Of a stretch of 64,000 nt of DNA, positions 25,104-38,759 are shown one piece after another (within the stretch, counting starts at the first letter, position 1; each line of letters starts with the position of its first letter). The notes under the pieces were generated by a model. That model worked only from the letters and a program-made list of their open reading frames with translations, made no database searches and was not told the DNA's origin. Made by a program: the position numbers and the translations under genes. This DNA is from Sminthopsis crassicaudata (taxonomy: Eukaryota): NCBI RefSeq assembly GCF_048593235.1, contig NC_133617.1, positions 541,736,958 through 541,800,957 of the forward strand. Direction: 5' to 3'.

Positions 25104-26339
25104 AGTATATGTTATATAAAGTCAGACTCATTCTCTCATCAAATATAATTTTTGAGAGCTGATATACAAGTAAACAATGTTTTGTTTTTGTTTTGAGTTC
25201 TCTGAGCTCTTCATTGTTACATTTATTCTTTTTTCCTGTTTTGTCTATTACTCAATTATTGATTAGTGGAGTTTATTCACATCATTGAGATAACTTTATA
25301 GAATACCACTAACACTAACACTACACCAAGAAGACAAACATATTGTTAAAATACATGAAGCAGATAGATAAAAACATTCATTATTCTATAAGTGGATTAA
25401 GTTAATTTCTAACACAATGGTTTAAAACTTGATAATAACCAGAAGAATAAATAATCCATAGAATTCAAAATAAGAAAATAAAAGTATTTCAGCAAACTAT
25501 TGTTTTTAATGATAAAAGAGCAAATTCTAGATATTAGATAAGAAAATATGTAGTAGCTGGTCATTAAAAACACACATGTATATGTGTATATATTTATAAA
25601 ACTCATTAGATTTTATAATATATATCAAAGTTTTCATGCCTCACTGAAATAATTAAACAAAAAGGAGAAAATATTTGCCCATCAACATTTTTTAATGACA
25701 ATGTAAAATGTGAGAGACAACAACGTAAATTTTATTTTAAAAGATCAAAATAAAGAACAGGATTAATCTAAGTAAGAAAACCAAAATGAAGTAAATAGCT
25801 TATTCTAGATATGCTCTTACACTAAAGCATTCTTTGTATTGAGCCATAATATGGAATCTACATTACCAACCATTAAAATGTATTTTGTCAGTAAGTTTTC
25901 TAAAATTCCAAGTCAGTATAAAGCTATATTTTCCATGGATTTTATCACAGAGACACCCCAAGAGAGTCACTTCTCTTCTAAAGAATTATACTTTTAAAAC
26001 ACAATATAACCAGATACTAACTTGAAATGAACACTTCTAATGTTGCTCTATATAGAGTCTCTAAGGACTTATTAAGTATAATATATAAAGAACTTAATAA
26101 CCAACAGACTTTGATTTTTATAAGGGAAAAAAATCCTGCATACAAGTGGTCTGTTTCAAGTACTAAATTTGTGAGATTTTGCAATATATATGTTACTTTT
26201 AAAATTAACTGTCTTTTAAGTATTAACTAAGAAAAAGCAGAAAGAAGATATTAATATTCTCAGAGGGGTGATTTTTATTAAAGATTTATATATAAGTTTA
26301 CCTTCTTAAAAGTTCTATGTCAATTAATCAACAAATAAT

Positions 26340-27290
26340 TAATAAGCATTTATTAGGTACCTAATATGTACCAGGCACTGTGCTAGGTTCTGGGGACAAA
26401 GCTGGCTCCTAATTCAATAAGCAAATATTAAGCGCCTACTATATACTTATATTTATACTTATGCTTATACTATGTTAAGTGCTATGATTAAAAAAAGGCA
26501 AAAAATAGTTTGCTCTCAAGAGGCTGAGAGCCTAATAAAGAAAAAAAGTGTAATGTTCTGGTTAACTTTCTGGAGGTCTTGGGACCAGCCTTCATTTCAG
26601 CAGAATAATCACCACAAGAATAACCAGGGATAAAGAACAAATTCTTTATTATCTCCTTCATAGTCTGTCTCCTTATCTGGGACCCAGGCTAGCTTTCTGG
26701 AGGCCCTTCAGACAGGCCTAAGTGGGGGGAGCAAGAGAGCCACCAGGAAGCAGGAGAAAAAAGGAATGTCTGTCTTGAGTCCTAGAGCTTGAGCTCCAGC
26801 CTCCAGTCCTCTGTCTTCTCAGAGTTTCCTCCAGTCCTCCTCTAGGTCTGACTCTGATCTCTTAAATACTCTATTACAATTAAGTCCATTCATCATACTG
26901 AGTATAAGCCAATCATTATAATACTAGGGAACCATTATTTATTGTAAGATTAAATCAATCATACTGAACTAGAGAACTATTAATCACCATGCTAAACTAG
27001 ATAACCATTGTCTTACCAATTCCACTGAAGGTAACACCTTGTTGAAGGAATCCTAGTCTCAAGTCTATATCTCCAGACTTCTGGCCCATTACAAAAAAGC
27101 AAAGCAATTATGGCCAAATAAAATAGACACAGAATAAATGTAAGATAATCCAAAACAAAGGGCACCAATATTAAGGAAAACTGGAAAATGCTTTGTGTAG
27201 AAGACAGGACTTGTGCTAAGATCTAAAGAAAGTCAGGGAAGCCCAAGAGCACATTCTAGACTTAAGGGACAGCTAATGAAAATATACGGA
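26340..27290 (-). mobile_element. L2 3' fragment interrupted by an LTR
   Basis: aagcatttattaggtacctaatatgtaccaggcactgtgctagg is the antisense L2 terminus. Confidence 0.65.
26549..27093 (-). mobile_element. Solo LTR, same family as the provirus at 48029
   Basis: The minus strand runs TGTAATGGGCCAGAAG...AGAACATTACA. A 6-bp TSD AAAAAG lies at 26543-26548 and 27094-27099. Confidence 0.9.
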
Positions 27291-27294
27291 ATAG

Positions 27295-27330
27295 TGTTAT
27301 GGGCCAGAACTCTGCACTTGAAACAAGTTA
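27295..27330 (+). mobile_element. 36-bp stub of the same LTR 5' end
   Basis: TGTTATGGGCCAGAACTCTGCACTTGAAACAAG is nearly identical to the start of the LTR at 5029. Confidence 0.75.
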
Positions 27331-30059
27331 TCTATATATCCTAGGTCACATAAATTTCTGGGGTGAAAAGGGGTGATGAGTGGAAAAACTAGAAGTCCTG
27401 GACTAGATGATGCAAAAGTTCCTTTAGTATGAATTCTGTGGTGTTGGGCAGATCATTTTGATCTCTGACCAAAAGGAAAAAGCATCTTTGTCTAGAATTC
27501 AGAAGGCTTGGTTTTGTCCCAGCTCTGTCACCATCCAGCTGTATGACCATGGAACAAGCCACCTTTTCTCTATGGATATCAGAATCCCAATCTATACAAT
27601 GAGCCCTCTCTAAAATATCTTCCAGAGATAACTTTCTAACATTCCATAAATCTAAACAGCTATGAAAAAAAATTAATAGATTAAAAACAGGAACCTCAGT
27701 CAAACAAAGTTCTTTGTAATACATTATATTTAAGGAAAATAACTTCCTAAAAGGTAATTCTATGAGTTTATTATTGACCAATTACACAAATTTACTTTGT
27801 AGGTCCAAGAGTCATTTACATCATATAAATATCAGTAAAATCAGAAAATGATAAAAAGAACAAGGATACAATTTCGAGGTTCTAAAGCTCTCTCTCTCTC
27901 TCTTTCTCTCTCTCTATATATATACATTTTTCAAAGATTTGTAAAATGGCATCAATGACAAGGTTACAAATCCCAAAGAAAAATCCCGTCTTCCAAATAT
28001 ATACATAATGATGGTTCTAAAAGGATTTCTTATATTCATGCTTTACTATGCCAAATAACTACATTAGGTAATCAAAAACACAACCATAAGTAAAAACCAT
28101 AAACATAAACTCAACAATTGAATGCAATTAGAAATGTAGCGTGCTGTACAAAGTTTAACAAAAAAAAAAAAAAAAAAAAAAAAAAGGAAAGAAAAAAAAG
28201 AAAAAGAAAAGTAGTACAGTAAGGCAATAATCTTTAAGAAAAGAAACCAAGGCCTTAAATTCGCATTGGGATCACTTTTCCGTAAGGGAGACAATCCCCT
28301 TTACATTTTTCTTTCACATAGGAAAAGAAAATGTATACAAGGTATTTCTGATACTGTGTTTATATTTCCACAAACAAAAATCTAAGGAAAAAGAAAAGCC
28401 AAGCTTTGATGTTGCATTCTGCGTTATTCTGATATGTCAATAAGCAAATCTGGAGAGCTGCCAATGAAAGCAGAATAAACATCATTAGCATTTTAATAAA
28501 CCTAAAAGCCAGAGGGCTCAAAAACAGAGCAAGATCTAGTAAAGGAAAAATCAACACCTGCCATTGTCTGTCCTCTGGCAGTTTGCCCTTTGGCAGTCCA
28601 CCTCCCTCTCCTCTATTCTCCTTAAGGAAGATATTTCTGCATTTTGACTGAAAGCTGCTGTAGTCGTTTTTTAAAATTAAGTTAGATTTTTAGGATGCTG
28701 CTTTTTATTTAAGTATTAAAATTCCAGCTACTTCAAATATGATTTTAAATATTAAGTAAATGGACCTTTTTTTTTTAATGCATAAACATAAGGTAATGCT
28801 TATTTAAAAAGCAAAGTGTAAAATTCAAAGTTGCTTTAAAAAATCAGGTTAGAATAAATACTTAAAATGTCCTTAATTTCCAATCATTATATTTGTTAGT
28901 GGGAAAAGGAGAGGAAAGGAAGTCGAGATCTATCATTTCATTAATGTAGGGAATGTAATGGTTGGGAAAATCTCCCCACAAGAGCAGATGCATTACTGCT
29001 AAATTATGATCTTACAGAATAGTCTGAGGCACTGATGAATTAAATGATGTGTCCTGAGTAAGATAATTAATGTCTTTCTACACTGTAACTATAGGTTTTC
29101 CTTCTCATTATATTATTAGGGACAGGGACTGGATCTGTGATTTCTTTGGTAAAGCAAACTCCTCGAAATCAAAGAAACTTAGATTCTTATTGAATTACCT
29201 AGAGAACTGAGAGATTAACTGATCTATCCAGGATCACACAGAGTGAGCAGATATAAGAAGCAGGACTCTGAATCTTGATCTTCCCTGATTCTGAGGGTAT
29301 TTCTTTTATCTACATTGCTTCTTTGGGGCTGTAGACTGGCCAGGAAATCCTTCTGCTAGGAAGTCAGAATATATAAATAACACTTTGCACATTCCTGGTG
29401 AACTTGGTGCTAAATCATTATATTGGTGTATCAATAAAACTATCCTAAGCTGTATCAGAAATCAAAATCTATGGATATCACCTAAATAATGAATGATAAA
29501 TACCTGGAACATTCAAATATTTGTCACTTCAGCTTATTTTTTATTTTTGTTTACAACAAAATCTATCTTGAAAAGGTATAAAGATACATATTTGAATGAA
29601 AATTGCTACCCCAAAACCATTTCATAATCATTCAGTGGTTACATAACATTAGGAGATCTTATTTTATAGCAACATACAATGGTAATCATTGTTTGTCTAG
29701 ACACTACATAGGAATCTAAATATATTTGGCTTCACATTTTATAGATACAATCTGTGCATTAAGATATAAATGAACTGTGAACACAATTTATTTGGGTAAT
29801 ATTAGTCATATAAAAGTTAACACTTCTTTATCACACACTAAAAAATCCATGATGTAAAAATTTGCTACTAAAGGCATAGGATCACATATTTGAAACCTGG
29901 TGGGAACCACAATAGTGATCAAATCAAATCCCTTCATTTTGTAGAGGTGATTTAGAAATGTTAAAGCATTTGCACACAATCATATAGATAGTACTAAGGG
30001 TATCTGAAACTTTCACATCAGGCACCCCAATTCTACACACAGTAACTGTGATTTGGCCA

Positions 30060-33000
30060 ATAATTTGTAAAATTTTTTTAAACATTTGTTGATTTATTTT
30101 ATTTTTTATAAGTTTTAAAATTTATTTTAAACAAGTACAAAAGAAAAGAAAAAGAAAAAGAAACAGTGCTATGTACACAACAGAACAAGAGAGGATTCAA
30201 TATAAAACAATAAATTTCCATTTCAAGAAAACATATATAATAAATATACACATTGTTTTCTAAGCTGTACAGCCTTTCTCTACTCTCTTGTAGATTTTCT
30301 TTCGTTCTCTGTTGTGTCCCAGCATCCCAACAACAGGGATGTAAACATGGCCATTATGGGCCATGGTAACATCTACTGAACCTGTGATGTGAGTTTGGTA
30401 ATATATAGGTATGAGATCTTTCCCAGCAAAAAAATGGCTTAGTCAGGTAAGAGTAGTTTCCCTGGTGGGTAGCTAGTACCAATGGGATGGTGTCCAGGTT
30501 GCAGATGGTGACATTTGGAAATGGACTTTTGCAAAAAATGCAGTAGGTTACATGTGTGGGCCACCTTGGGGGTGTTGATGGCACACAACAATCCTGAATG
30601 CCCCCATTACCAGAGAGTTCCTTAGTCTGACTGGGAAATTATCTCCCCACCTGCGGGGGCTCACAGAGTGTTTTATGTGTGTATACATTTATACATGTGC
30701 ATATACATACATAGTACATATATATATGTGTAAATTGATATTTATAAATTTATATTTATATACACATATATACTCATACACATATATGTAAGACATACTA
30801 TACTTTTTTCCATTTGCCATCTATTTCTCTGGAGGTAGATACGATCTTCTTTCACATGTCCAAGTCTTTCCATGTTTTTTTCTAAATCAACCAGCTCATC
30901 ATTTTCTAAACAGTAGCAAAATTCCAACCCAATCATATTCTATCTGAGAGACTGTATATGAAATATTTTTACTCCATTTTTTGGGCATTCCTTCTATTCT
31001 GGTCTGCATAGGTTTTATTTATACAAAATATTTTAATTTAAAATAATCAAAATCATCTATTTTATACTTCAACAATACTCTCATCTTATAATATGGTTTA
31101 GGTTCTGATACTATGGAATCTGCTTGCTTTATATTTTTCCCCTGGTTTCTTTGAAAGTCCTGAAATTTTGTTTTTCTAAATGAATTTTGTTGTTAAAATT
31201 CTCCTAACTCAATAAGATAATTTTTAATAATTTGATTTGGATAGCATTACATAAATTAGTTGTAATTTTTTTACTATACTGGATTTACCTACCAATGAAC
31301 AATAAATATAACTTCAATTATTTAGGTCTAACTTTATTTGTGTAAGAAATATTTTATGTTTATATTTGTGTATTTCCTGTGGCTATTTTGTAAGAGTTGT
31401 GGTATTACTCTCAGGTATTTTATATGTCTAATATTTTAAATGGTCTAAAACAATACTGAATACTATGGCTGACATATAGTGTTATGCCACAGTTTCCTAT
31501 ATTGTTCTGCCTCAGTTTCCCTGAATTGTTCTGCCTCAATTTCCCTGGGGGCAACCCCCCTTCCTGGCCATTAGGATGGAGATAATTAGGGGTGGGAGCC
31601 CTGACCACTAGTATTCCAAAGAGTCATAAACCACAGATGGTTAATCTCAAAATAGGTGGGCATAGCTCTTATCTCAGATTTAGTGGCTCCTAGACTCCCA
31701 ATTTATCAGAATTTATGACCCTTCCTTAGTCCCAACCTGTCAGAACCGAATTTATGATCTGTTCCTGGAAGTTTTTGTTCACCAAAGCTCTAATTCCCCC
31801 CCCCCCCCCCGCCTTTGTTCCCCTCATCACTGGAGCCCTAGGAGAATCCCTGGAATCCCTCGCTTCCTGTTGGATGCTTTGAGACAAGAGTTCAATCCAG
31901 TGGACCTGGGTCAACATGGATCCTGTTTTGACCCCAGTCCAAGCTCTCCACCTGGTGCCTCTAGTAAAATGTTAAAAACTCTCTAATGTCTATCTTGCCT
32001 CAGTTTCTCCAGCATTACAATAGTTTCCCTATTTTTTCTCTTTTGATGAAATCTATTTGAGTTTTAGCTTTGTCTGAAATCATGATTATTGCTCCTACTT
32101 TTTTATGTAATAAATTCTACTCCTTACCTTTACTTTGTGTTCTCACCTTATTCCTAAAACCTCCTTACTCCTTTGCTTTACTTCTATACACTATCTTGCC
32201 CTCCAACTCCTTAACCTAACTATGCAAGAATCTCTTCCTTATCCTCTCCTCCCACCCTATTCCCTTGCCCTCTTATTTCTTTCTGAATTTAGAAGAATTT
32301 TATTATCCTTTTATCTACACATGTTGTCCATCTTTACTCCATTGCTGATGAAAGTAAGGTTTCAGCACTAGCTACCCTCTTCCTGGCGACCTTCTTTTGT
32401 ATCTGTTTTTTCCTTTTTTGCTTCTTTTGTATGAGATACTTCAAAAATTTTTTTACTTTTCTTGAACTGTTCTATTTCTTGTCTAATTTTACCTCACTCT
32501 CTCTATTTGATTTTTTAAATCCTTTCTTCTAAGAGATTATTTTGTGCTTGGGTCCATTTGACTTTTCCCATTGAAAAAGAAGTGGCTTTTTTTCTTCCTC
32601 TAAATATAAACCCTGATTTCTATCCCCATAGTAGTTATCTCTAGTTGGTTTCTTTCTCCTTACTTGCTCATTTTTATTATTTTTGTTGTATTTTTTAAGC
32701 AGCTCTTGGAGTGATCAAGTTCTACTCCCAAGTTATGGGAATTATGCCCCAAGCCTCAAGTCCTTCTTACTCTTACTTTCTGCAGACTGTCCCAAGATCC
32801 AAACTTGAGCCCTCCTCTCAATCCCTATGCCAAAGCAAGAGCTTCTGGTCACACTGTTGCAAACATGATCTCATTCCCTGCAGTCCCTTCAGAAGCTGCA
32901 AATGGCAGCTAGTGCCCCAGTCAGCAAGGAATCCCCGCCCCCCCCCCCCATGCTGACTCATCAGATGGCTGATAGCTCCTTCTCCCCTTCAAGGCAGCCC

Positions 33001-33250
33001 AGCCTGGGATACAGGGTCAATACAGCTGGATGCCACCCCGTGGCCGTCAGACACTCCCACAGTCCTTCAGATTAAAGTTTCTAAACCTGAGGTCAATTCC
33101 CAACCCAGGGGCCCCAGAGCTTGTTTGTTGTTCCTGGATTCCAAAGAGCTGGCCTGAAGATGCACTTCACGCAGGCCAGACCTCTGCCCCTGGAAATCAG
33201 GTCTTTCCTGGGGTCTTCTTAGGAAAACAACCGCTTTGCCTTGGTTATTG
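30060..33250 (-). mobile_element. Old, internally deleted LINE-1 (3'UTR, ORF2/ORF1 remnants, 5'UTR) with nested inserts
   Basis: T-rich antisense L1 sequence with a GC-richer 5'UTR-like block at 32700-33250. Confidence 0.65.
31480..32019 (+). mobile_element. Solo LTR (ERV1-like, 4-bp TSD)
   Basis: TGTTATG...GCATTACA with TSD ATAG at 31476-31479 and 32020-32023. It has a short tandem repeat (ttgttctgcctcagtttccctg) near its start. Confidence 0.8.
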
Positions 33251-33254
33251 TTTA

Positions 33255-33560
33255 TTGTCACCTGCTCTAAAATACAGTGATTCAAGATCATCACAATAGA
33301 CTTAGGATGGAAAATGCCATCCATATCCAGAAAGACTGGAGATTGAATTAAGGAGATTGAATGCAGATCAAAGCATACTATTTTCACTTTTGTTTATTTG
33401 TTTTTTCTTTCTCATAGTTTTTTCTCTTTGGTTCCATTTTTTCTTTCACAATATGACTAATATGGAATTATGTTTAAAATGATTGTACATGTATCACCTC
33501 TATCAGATTGCTTGCTGTTGTGGGGAGAGAGGAAATAAGGGAGGGAGAAAAAAGTACAGT
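33255..33560 (+). mobile_element. LINE-1 3'UTR fragment
   Basis: It is similar to 21950-22300 and 40300-40620. Confidence 0.75.
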
Positions 33561-33715
33561 GTTTCACAGTCATCCACTTCAACACAGAAATGGAGGGAGG
33601 AGAGTTCTCCTATCTCTTCTATGAGACCAAGTTTAGTCATTATCATTTTATGCTTTTTCAGCCTTGCTTTGTCACTCCTGTTTGTTCTTTTTTCACTGCT
33701 ATATATATATAACTG

Positions 33716-34120
33716 AGGTCTGTGGGTGTTCATGGAAGACTAGCTCCTCCAGTGAGGAGTCCTTTCTGGGACTGATCATCCTAGCTGTCTGACTCTCCCT
33801 GGGGCTCCAACTGTAGCAGCCACACCCCGGTAAAGCCATCTAAGCAGACAGTTAAGCCTGGCTGAGGTGATCAAAAGAGCTGGGGCACATCCTCCAGTTG
33901 GGAAATGTCTATCCAAGCATTGAAAGGGTGGATGAAACCACAAAGGCGGATGAAGCGGTATTGTAGAGCACTGGGAGCTTGATCAGATAGCAAAGATGCC
34001 ATGGTTATCCCAGGCATTCTGGGCCAGCTCCAATCAACCTGACTTTTCATTGGATGACTGTGAAAGAGACCTGTGAAGCAGGCCTTTAAGCAACTCGGTC
34101 TCACTGTGACATCACTGATA
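33716..34120 (+). mobile_element. RTE-derived fragment (marsupial RTE/WALLSI-like)
   Basis: gaaggcggatgaagcggtattgtagagcactgggagcttgatcagatagcaaagatgccatggttatcc resembles the marsupial RTE 5' region as I recall it. Confidence 0.6.
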
Positions 34121-34699
34121 CTCTTTGAAAATGTAAAATTCCTGCTTTCCCTGATTTCACTTGGTATTAGATTGCATAAGTCTTTCCTAAATTCTCCATA
34201 TTCATCAATTTTCATGGTACTTTAATATTCATATGTCACATTTGGCTTAGTAATTCCCCATTTAAGAGAAACCTATTTAGTTTTCAGTTAATAGTAAATC
34301 AACAAGAATTTATTAAATGTCTACTGTATGCTAGACAAAAAGAAAAACAGTCCTATCCTTCAAGAAGTTTACATTCTAGTGAAGGGAAATAAAATCTAAA
34401 AGGGAGGTGGTGTCGGGAGTAAGTGAATTGGGTGGGTCATGCACAGAAAGAGAAGGGGCCAGAGCAGGACTTGGTAGCGAAGTCCAGATTTTTAAAAATG
34501 AATGAAAGAGTAATGAAGAAAGGTAAACACGGAAGGAACTCCCCAAAAGGAGAAGAGAGAAAAGGGGTGGAGGAAGTTCCAGGATGAGAAGGTCTGAGGC
34601 CTGTTGTTGAAGACCAGAAAGAAGAAAATCTAGGAGTCGAATGAAGAAAGAATGGCCAAGACCTCTTCCTAAAATGGAGGCTTTGGGAGATTGCACCAA

Positions 34700-36560
34700 A
34701 AGCACTACTACAAATAAGTCAGGGTATATGGGGCTTTTCTTTTTGTTACTGAATTCTTTGGGGTATAGGGTTAGTAGTGGAATCCCTGGGTCAAAGGTCA
34801 CGTATATTTTTAGCTAAGTTATCTGCATAATTCCAAATTGGTTTTCCATAATGATTATACTAATTCATGGCTCCATCCATAGTCTATTATATACCATTCC
34901 CTAAGTTTTTTTGATCATTTTGACCAATACGCTGGGTGTAAAAATAAAATTTCTGGTTCTGATTTGTATTTCTTAATAGTTGAAATTTGGAGCATTCTTT
35001 CATATGATAATAGCTATTTCTCTTATTTGACATATAAGTGCCTATATTTCTTGGTTAAAAACTTACACCATGACTATTTCTCTTCTCAGTTAAAACTTTT
35101 AGTATGATTCTTATTATACAGGTCATGTATCCATTTTGAACTTACTGTGGTATATTGTACAAATTGTTCATCTAGAACATTTGCCAGACTGCTCCCCAGT
35201 TTTCTTTTCAATTCTTGTCAAATAAGTTTCTTGTGCTCTGGGGTTCATAAAACCCACATTATTGGTTTTCAATTAGTTTTTGTTTTTCATTGTTTAGAAT
35301 GTTCCCTTGGTTCCATATTTTTAAACCATTCCAAACAGTTTTGTTGATTATTACTTTATAATACAATTTTGAGAACTGGAAGTGCTATTTCATTGTTCAT
35401 TCTACAATCCCTACTTTCACTATTTCCATTGATATTCTAGATCTTTTATTCCTCCAAACAAATTTTCTACAAATGATTTTCACTACCATTGTCATTTTTA
35501 TTATATTGATACATATCAATCATGAACAATAAATATTCTACTTATTTAAGTTTTTATTTGTTTCTTTAAGGAACATCTTATAATTATATCTATATAAATA
35601 TTGATTATGTTTCAGTCGGTTAACTCCCAGATATTTTATATATTTTTGTTATTTTTGAATGACTGATCTTATTACTTCTTGGATTTTGTTATTCCTATTT
35701 ATATAGAAATAATGCTAATGCTCATGGGCTTCTTTTGTAACTTGCTACTTTACTAAAGCTATTAGTTATCTAAATTAGTTTCTTTACTAATAACTTGCTA
35801 CTTTACTAAAGCTATTAGTTGTCTAAATTAGTTTCTTTACTAATGTCTAGAATATTCAAAATAATTCATAATAACAAAAATTGGGATGGTTTCATCATTT
35901 CTTTTTCTTCAACAGCAAAATGGCAAAGTGGATAGTGAGCTAAACATAAGTTCATTTTCTGTTCTCAGAAACTTATTAGTTGTGTGAACCTGAGCAACTC
36001 ATTTAATCGTCCCTTGCCTCAATTTCTTCATCTGTAAAAGCAAGATAATAATAGCACTTAACACATACTCACTCCAGCATATTGTGGAGATCATATGAGA
36101 CAAAAATTGTAAAATGCTTAACACAATGCCTAGCCCACATGGTAAGTGGAATATAAATGTTACTGTTATGATGATGATGATGTCTTTAATTTCTTTCTTG
36201 CCTTATTGCTACTCCTCAGATTTCTAGAATTATCTCAAATAGCAGTGTGGGGAAAGGAAGCTTCTTTGTTTTACTGCTATATTGATTGAAAAACCTTCCA
36301 ATGTTTTATATTACAGATTAAGTTAGTGGGTTTTTTTAAATAGTTGCTTTTATTATATTTTTAAAAACCTAAGAATTTATTTTGAAGAGTTTTTAGTATG
36401 AATATTATAGTTTGTCACAAACTTATATAAATCAGTTAATATAATCATATGGTTTTAATGATGAATTGTTTTAGGTATTTTCCTAATACTGAAATAACAT
36501 ATCTTTAAAGTTTGAGTTAATTATAGTCAATTTGCATAGCGCAGCTATGCTATGATCACA
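34700..36560 (-). mobile_element. Degenerate LINE-1 ORF2 fragment with a nested MIR (about 35930-36180)
   Basis: The antisense begins MTFDPGIPLLTLYPKE, an L1 ORF2 C-terminal motif. Confidence 0.75.
35738..35843. repeat. Tandem duplication, 2 x 53 bp
   Basis: Units start at 35738 and 35791 and differ at one position. Confidence 0.9.
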
Positions 36561-36990
36561 TACAATACTGATGATAGATATCATCACATTGTGCTGCTCT
36601 TCTAATAGTGGAATAATGGTTTGTTATAATTATTTCAAACAGCACAAAGTACTTTAGAAACATCTTTAAATTTCTCAGCATCCCAACAGAGTATATTATC
36701 ATTGTTCCATTTTATAAAAAAAAAAGTCACTTTGCATATGAGAGTTGAAAGAAAGAAAAAGAAAAATCATGTCTCCTAGCTAGCACATTAGTCTTTTATC
36801 CTCTCATATCAAATAGATATTTTATAGGTAATTATTATTGTTAAAAATTTGAGATCCCTTGATAGTTACCTATTGATATGTGTGTATATGCACATATAGG
36901 CACACACATATCTGTACACATGTGTATACATGTATACGTGCAGTTTGTAAACACAAATACATCTATAAGTATATATATATATATACATGC

Positions 36991-37029
<39 letters not shown>

Positions 37030-37039
37030 TATTTGTGTT

Positions 37040-37240
37040 TTTAAAATTTTTTTATTATAGCTTTTTATTTGCAAGACATATGCATGGGTAATTTTTCAGC
37101 ATTGACAATTGCAAAACCTTTTGTTCCAACTTTTCCCCTCCTTCCCCCACTCCCTCCCCCAGATGGCAGGTTGACCAATACGTGTTAAATATGTTAAAGT
37201 ATAAGTTAAATACAATATATGTATACATGTCTGTACAGTT
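37040..37240 (-). mobile_element. LINE-1 3' tail fragment
   Basis: It is the reverse complement of the 2700-2870 terminus. Confidence 0.85.
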
Positions 37241-38149
37241 ATTTTGCTATTCTTTTTGTAAAAGAATTGGACTTTGAAATAGTATACGCACATATTTGTA
37301 AGAAAATCCCTAATGGATTAAGAAAAGAGAGCAAGGACAAAGTGAAGGAAAAGATGGCCAAAGACAATGAAGTGCATAAAGAACAAAATGAACCACTTTT
37401 TTAATGGAAGAGATTTCCCTTCTATATATGCCAATGAATAATATATTTTACTTTTCTAATGCTAGTGAAAAAAAGAAATGTATCATAGATCCTGTGAGAT
37501 TCCTTTTCTTTTGAGTCTTGAATTCTATTACTTATCATTCTTTTGTTTTCAAAGTGTGGCAAGATGAATGATACAATTTACTAATATCAAAAGTAACAGC
37601 AGCAAATGATGCAGAAAATGTACAGCAATTCTTTCCTGGCTACTGTCAACCAAAATGTAGAAAGCGTCTAACACTGAATTTTTTGGTTTGCTATTCACCT
37701 TGTTAGTGTAAACAATCCTAACACTGCTTGAAAATAACAAAGCCCGTTAACTTTTCTAATGCTTCTTAAGTTTAGTATTCTTTACACCACTCAACACAGT
37801 AACTATGCTGGGTATAATTAGAATAAAATCTTATTTTTTAAGACTTATTTTGAAATGTGGGATTCTGTATTACAAAACATCATAGACAAGTGTATAAATT
37901 CAATGGAATTTAGAGCTTTTTACTATACAAGTAATTGGCTTAAAAAAAAAAAACCCTGTTAAAAAGTAACATGCAGCTAATTTGTGTTATGTACATGTAA
38001 CATTATACATTTTTAATCTCAGACCAATTTACCCCAAAATTCAGCATCTATATAGGCCACCTTGACTCAGCTATCAATTGATGTGTACTCATATAATTAT
38101 ACTAAGATAAAAATCCAAAAGGTAAATCTACTGCAAATATGAAATAAAA

Positions 38150-38335
38150 ATGATTTTTGGATTAGCTGTTATTTTGGATTATCACTCCCTCTTTCTGCTA
38201 CATTACTATATGTGTCACCTTGGATAATTCATTTAATCTCTCTGGGCCTCAGTTTCGTCATCTATCAAATGAAGGGGATGGACTAAATGAGCTCAGAGGT
38301 CTCTTCTAAGCTCAAAAAGTAGGATCCTATAATCC
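38150..38335 (+). mobile_element. MIR-like SINE
   Basis: tttaatctctctgggcctcagtttcgtcatctatcaaatgaagggg core. Confidence 0.75.
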
Positions 38336-38699
38336 TATAATCTCTATGAAAGAATGTACTATAAATGCTTTAACAAAATATTTACATAGAGAACTTGTCT
38401 CTTTTAGAGGACTCAAAATGTATGACTGACCAAAAAGTCAAAATAACAAATTAGAAATGAATTTAAAAAATCAAAGTAAACATTAGAAGACCTACTATAA
38501 GAAAAGCCGAAAATTCTGTAAGTCAAATATGTGTGCATGTAGTAAACAAGAAGAATGTAACATTCCAAAGTTAACACGACCTTGTCCTGTTAAAACTCGC
38601 ATTTTTCACAGAAGGAGACTACTATGAAGCACCTGCAATGTCTACAACACAGATTTCAGTGTCTAACAAAGACCTATTTGATACTACTTTATACAGTTT

Positions 38700-38759
38700 T
38701 CACTCTAACAAGCATTTACTGCTACTACAATTCTCACTCTAACAAGCATTTATTGCTAC
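38700..38759. repeat. Short direct repeat, 2 x about 26 bp with a 34-bp period
   Basis: tcactctaacaagcattta(c/t)tgctac occurs twice. Confidence 0.85.
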
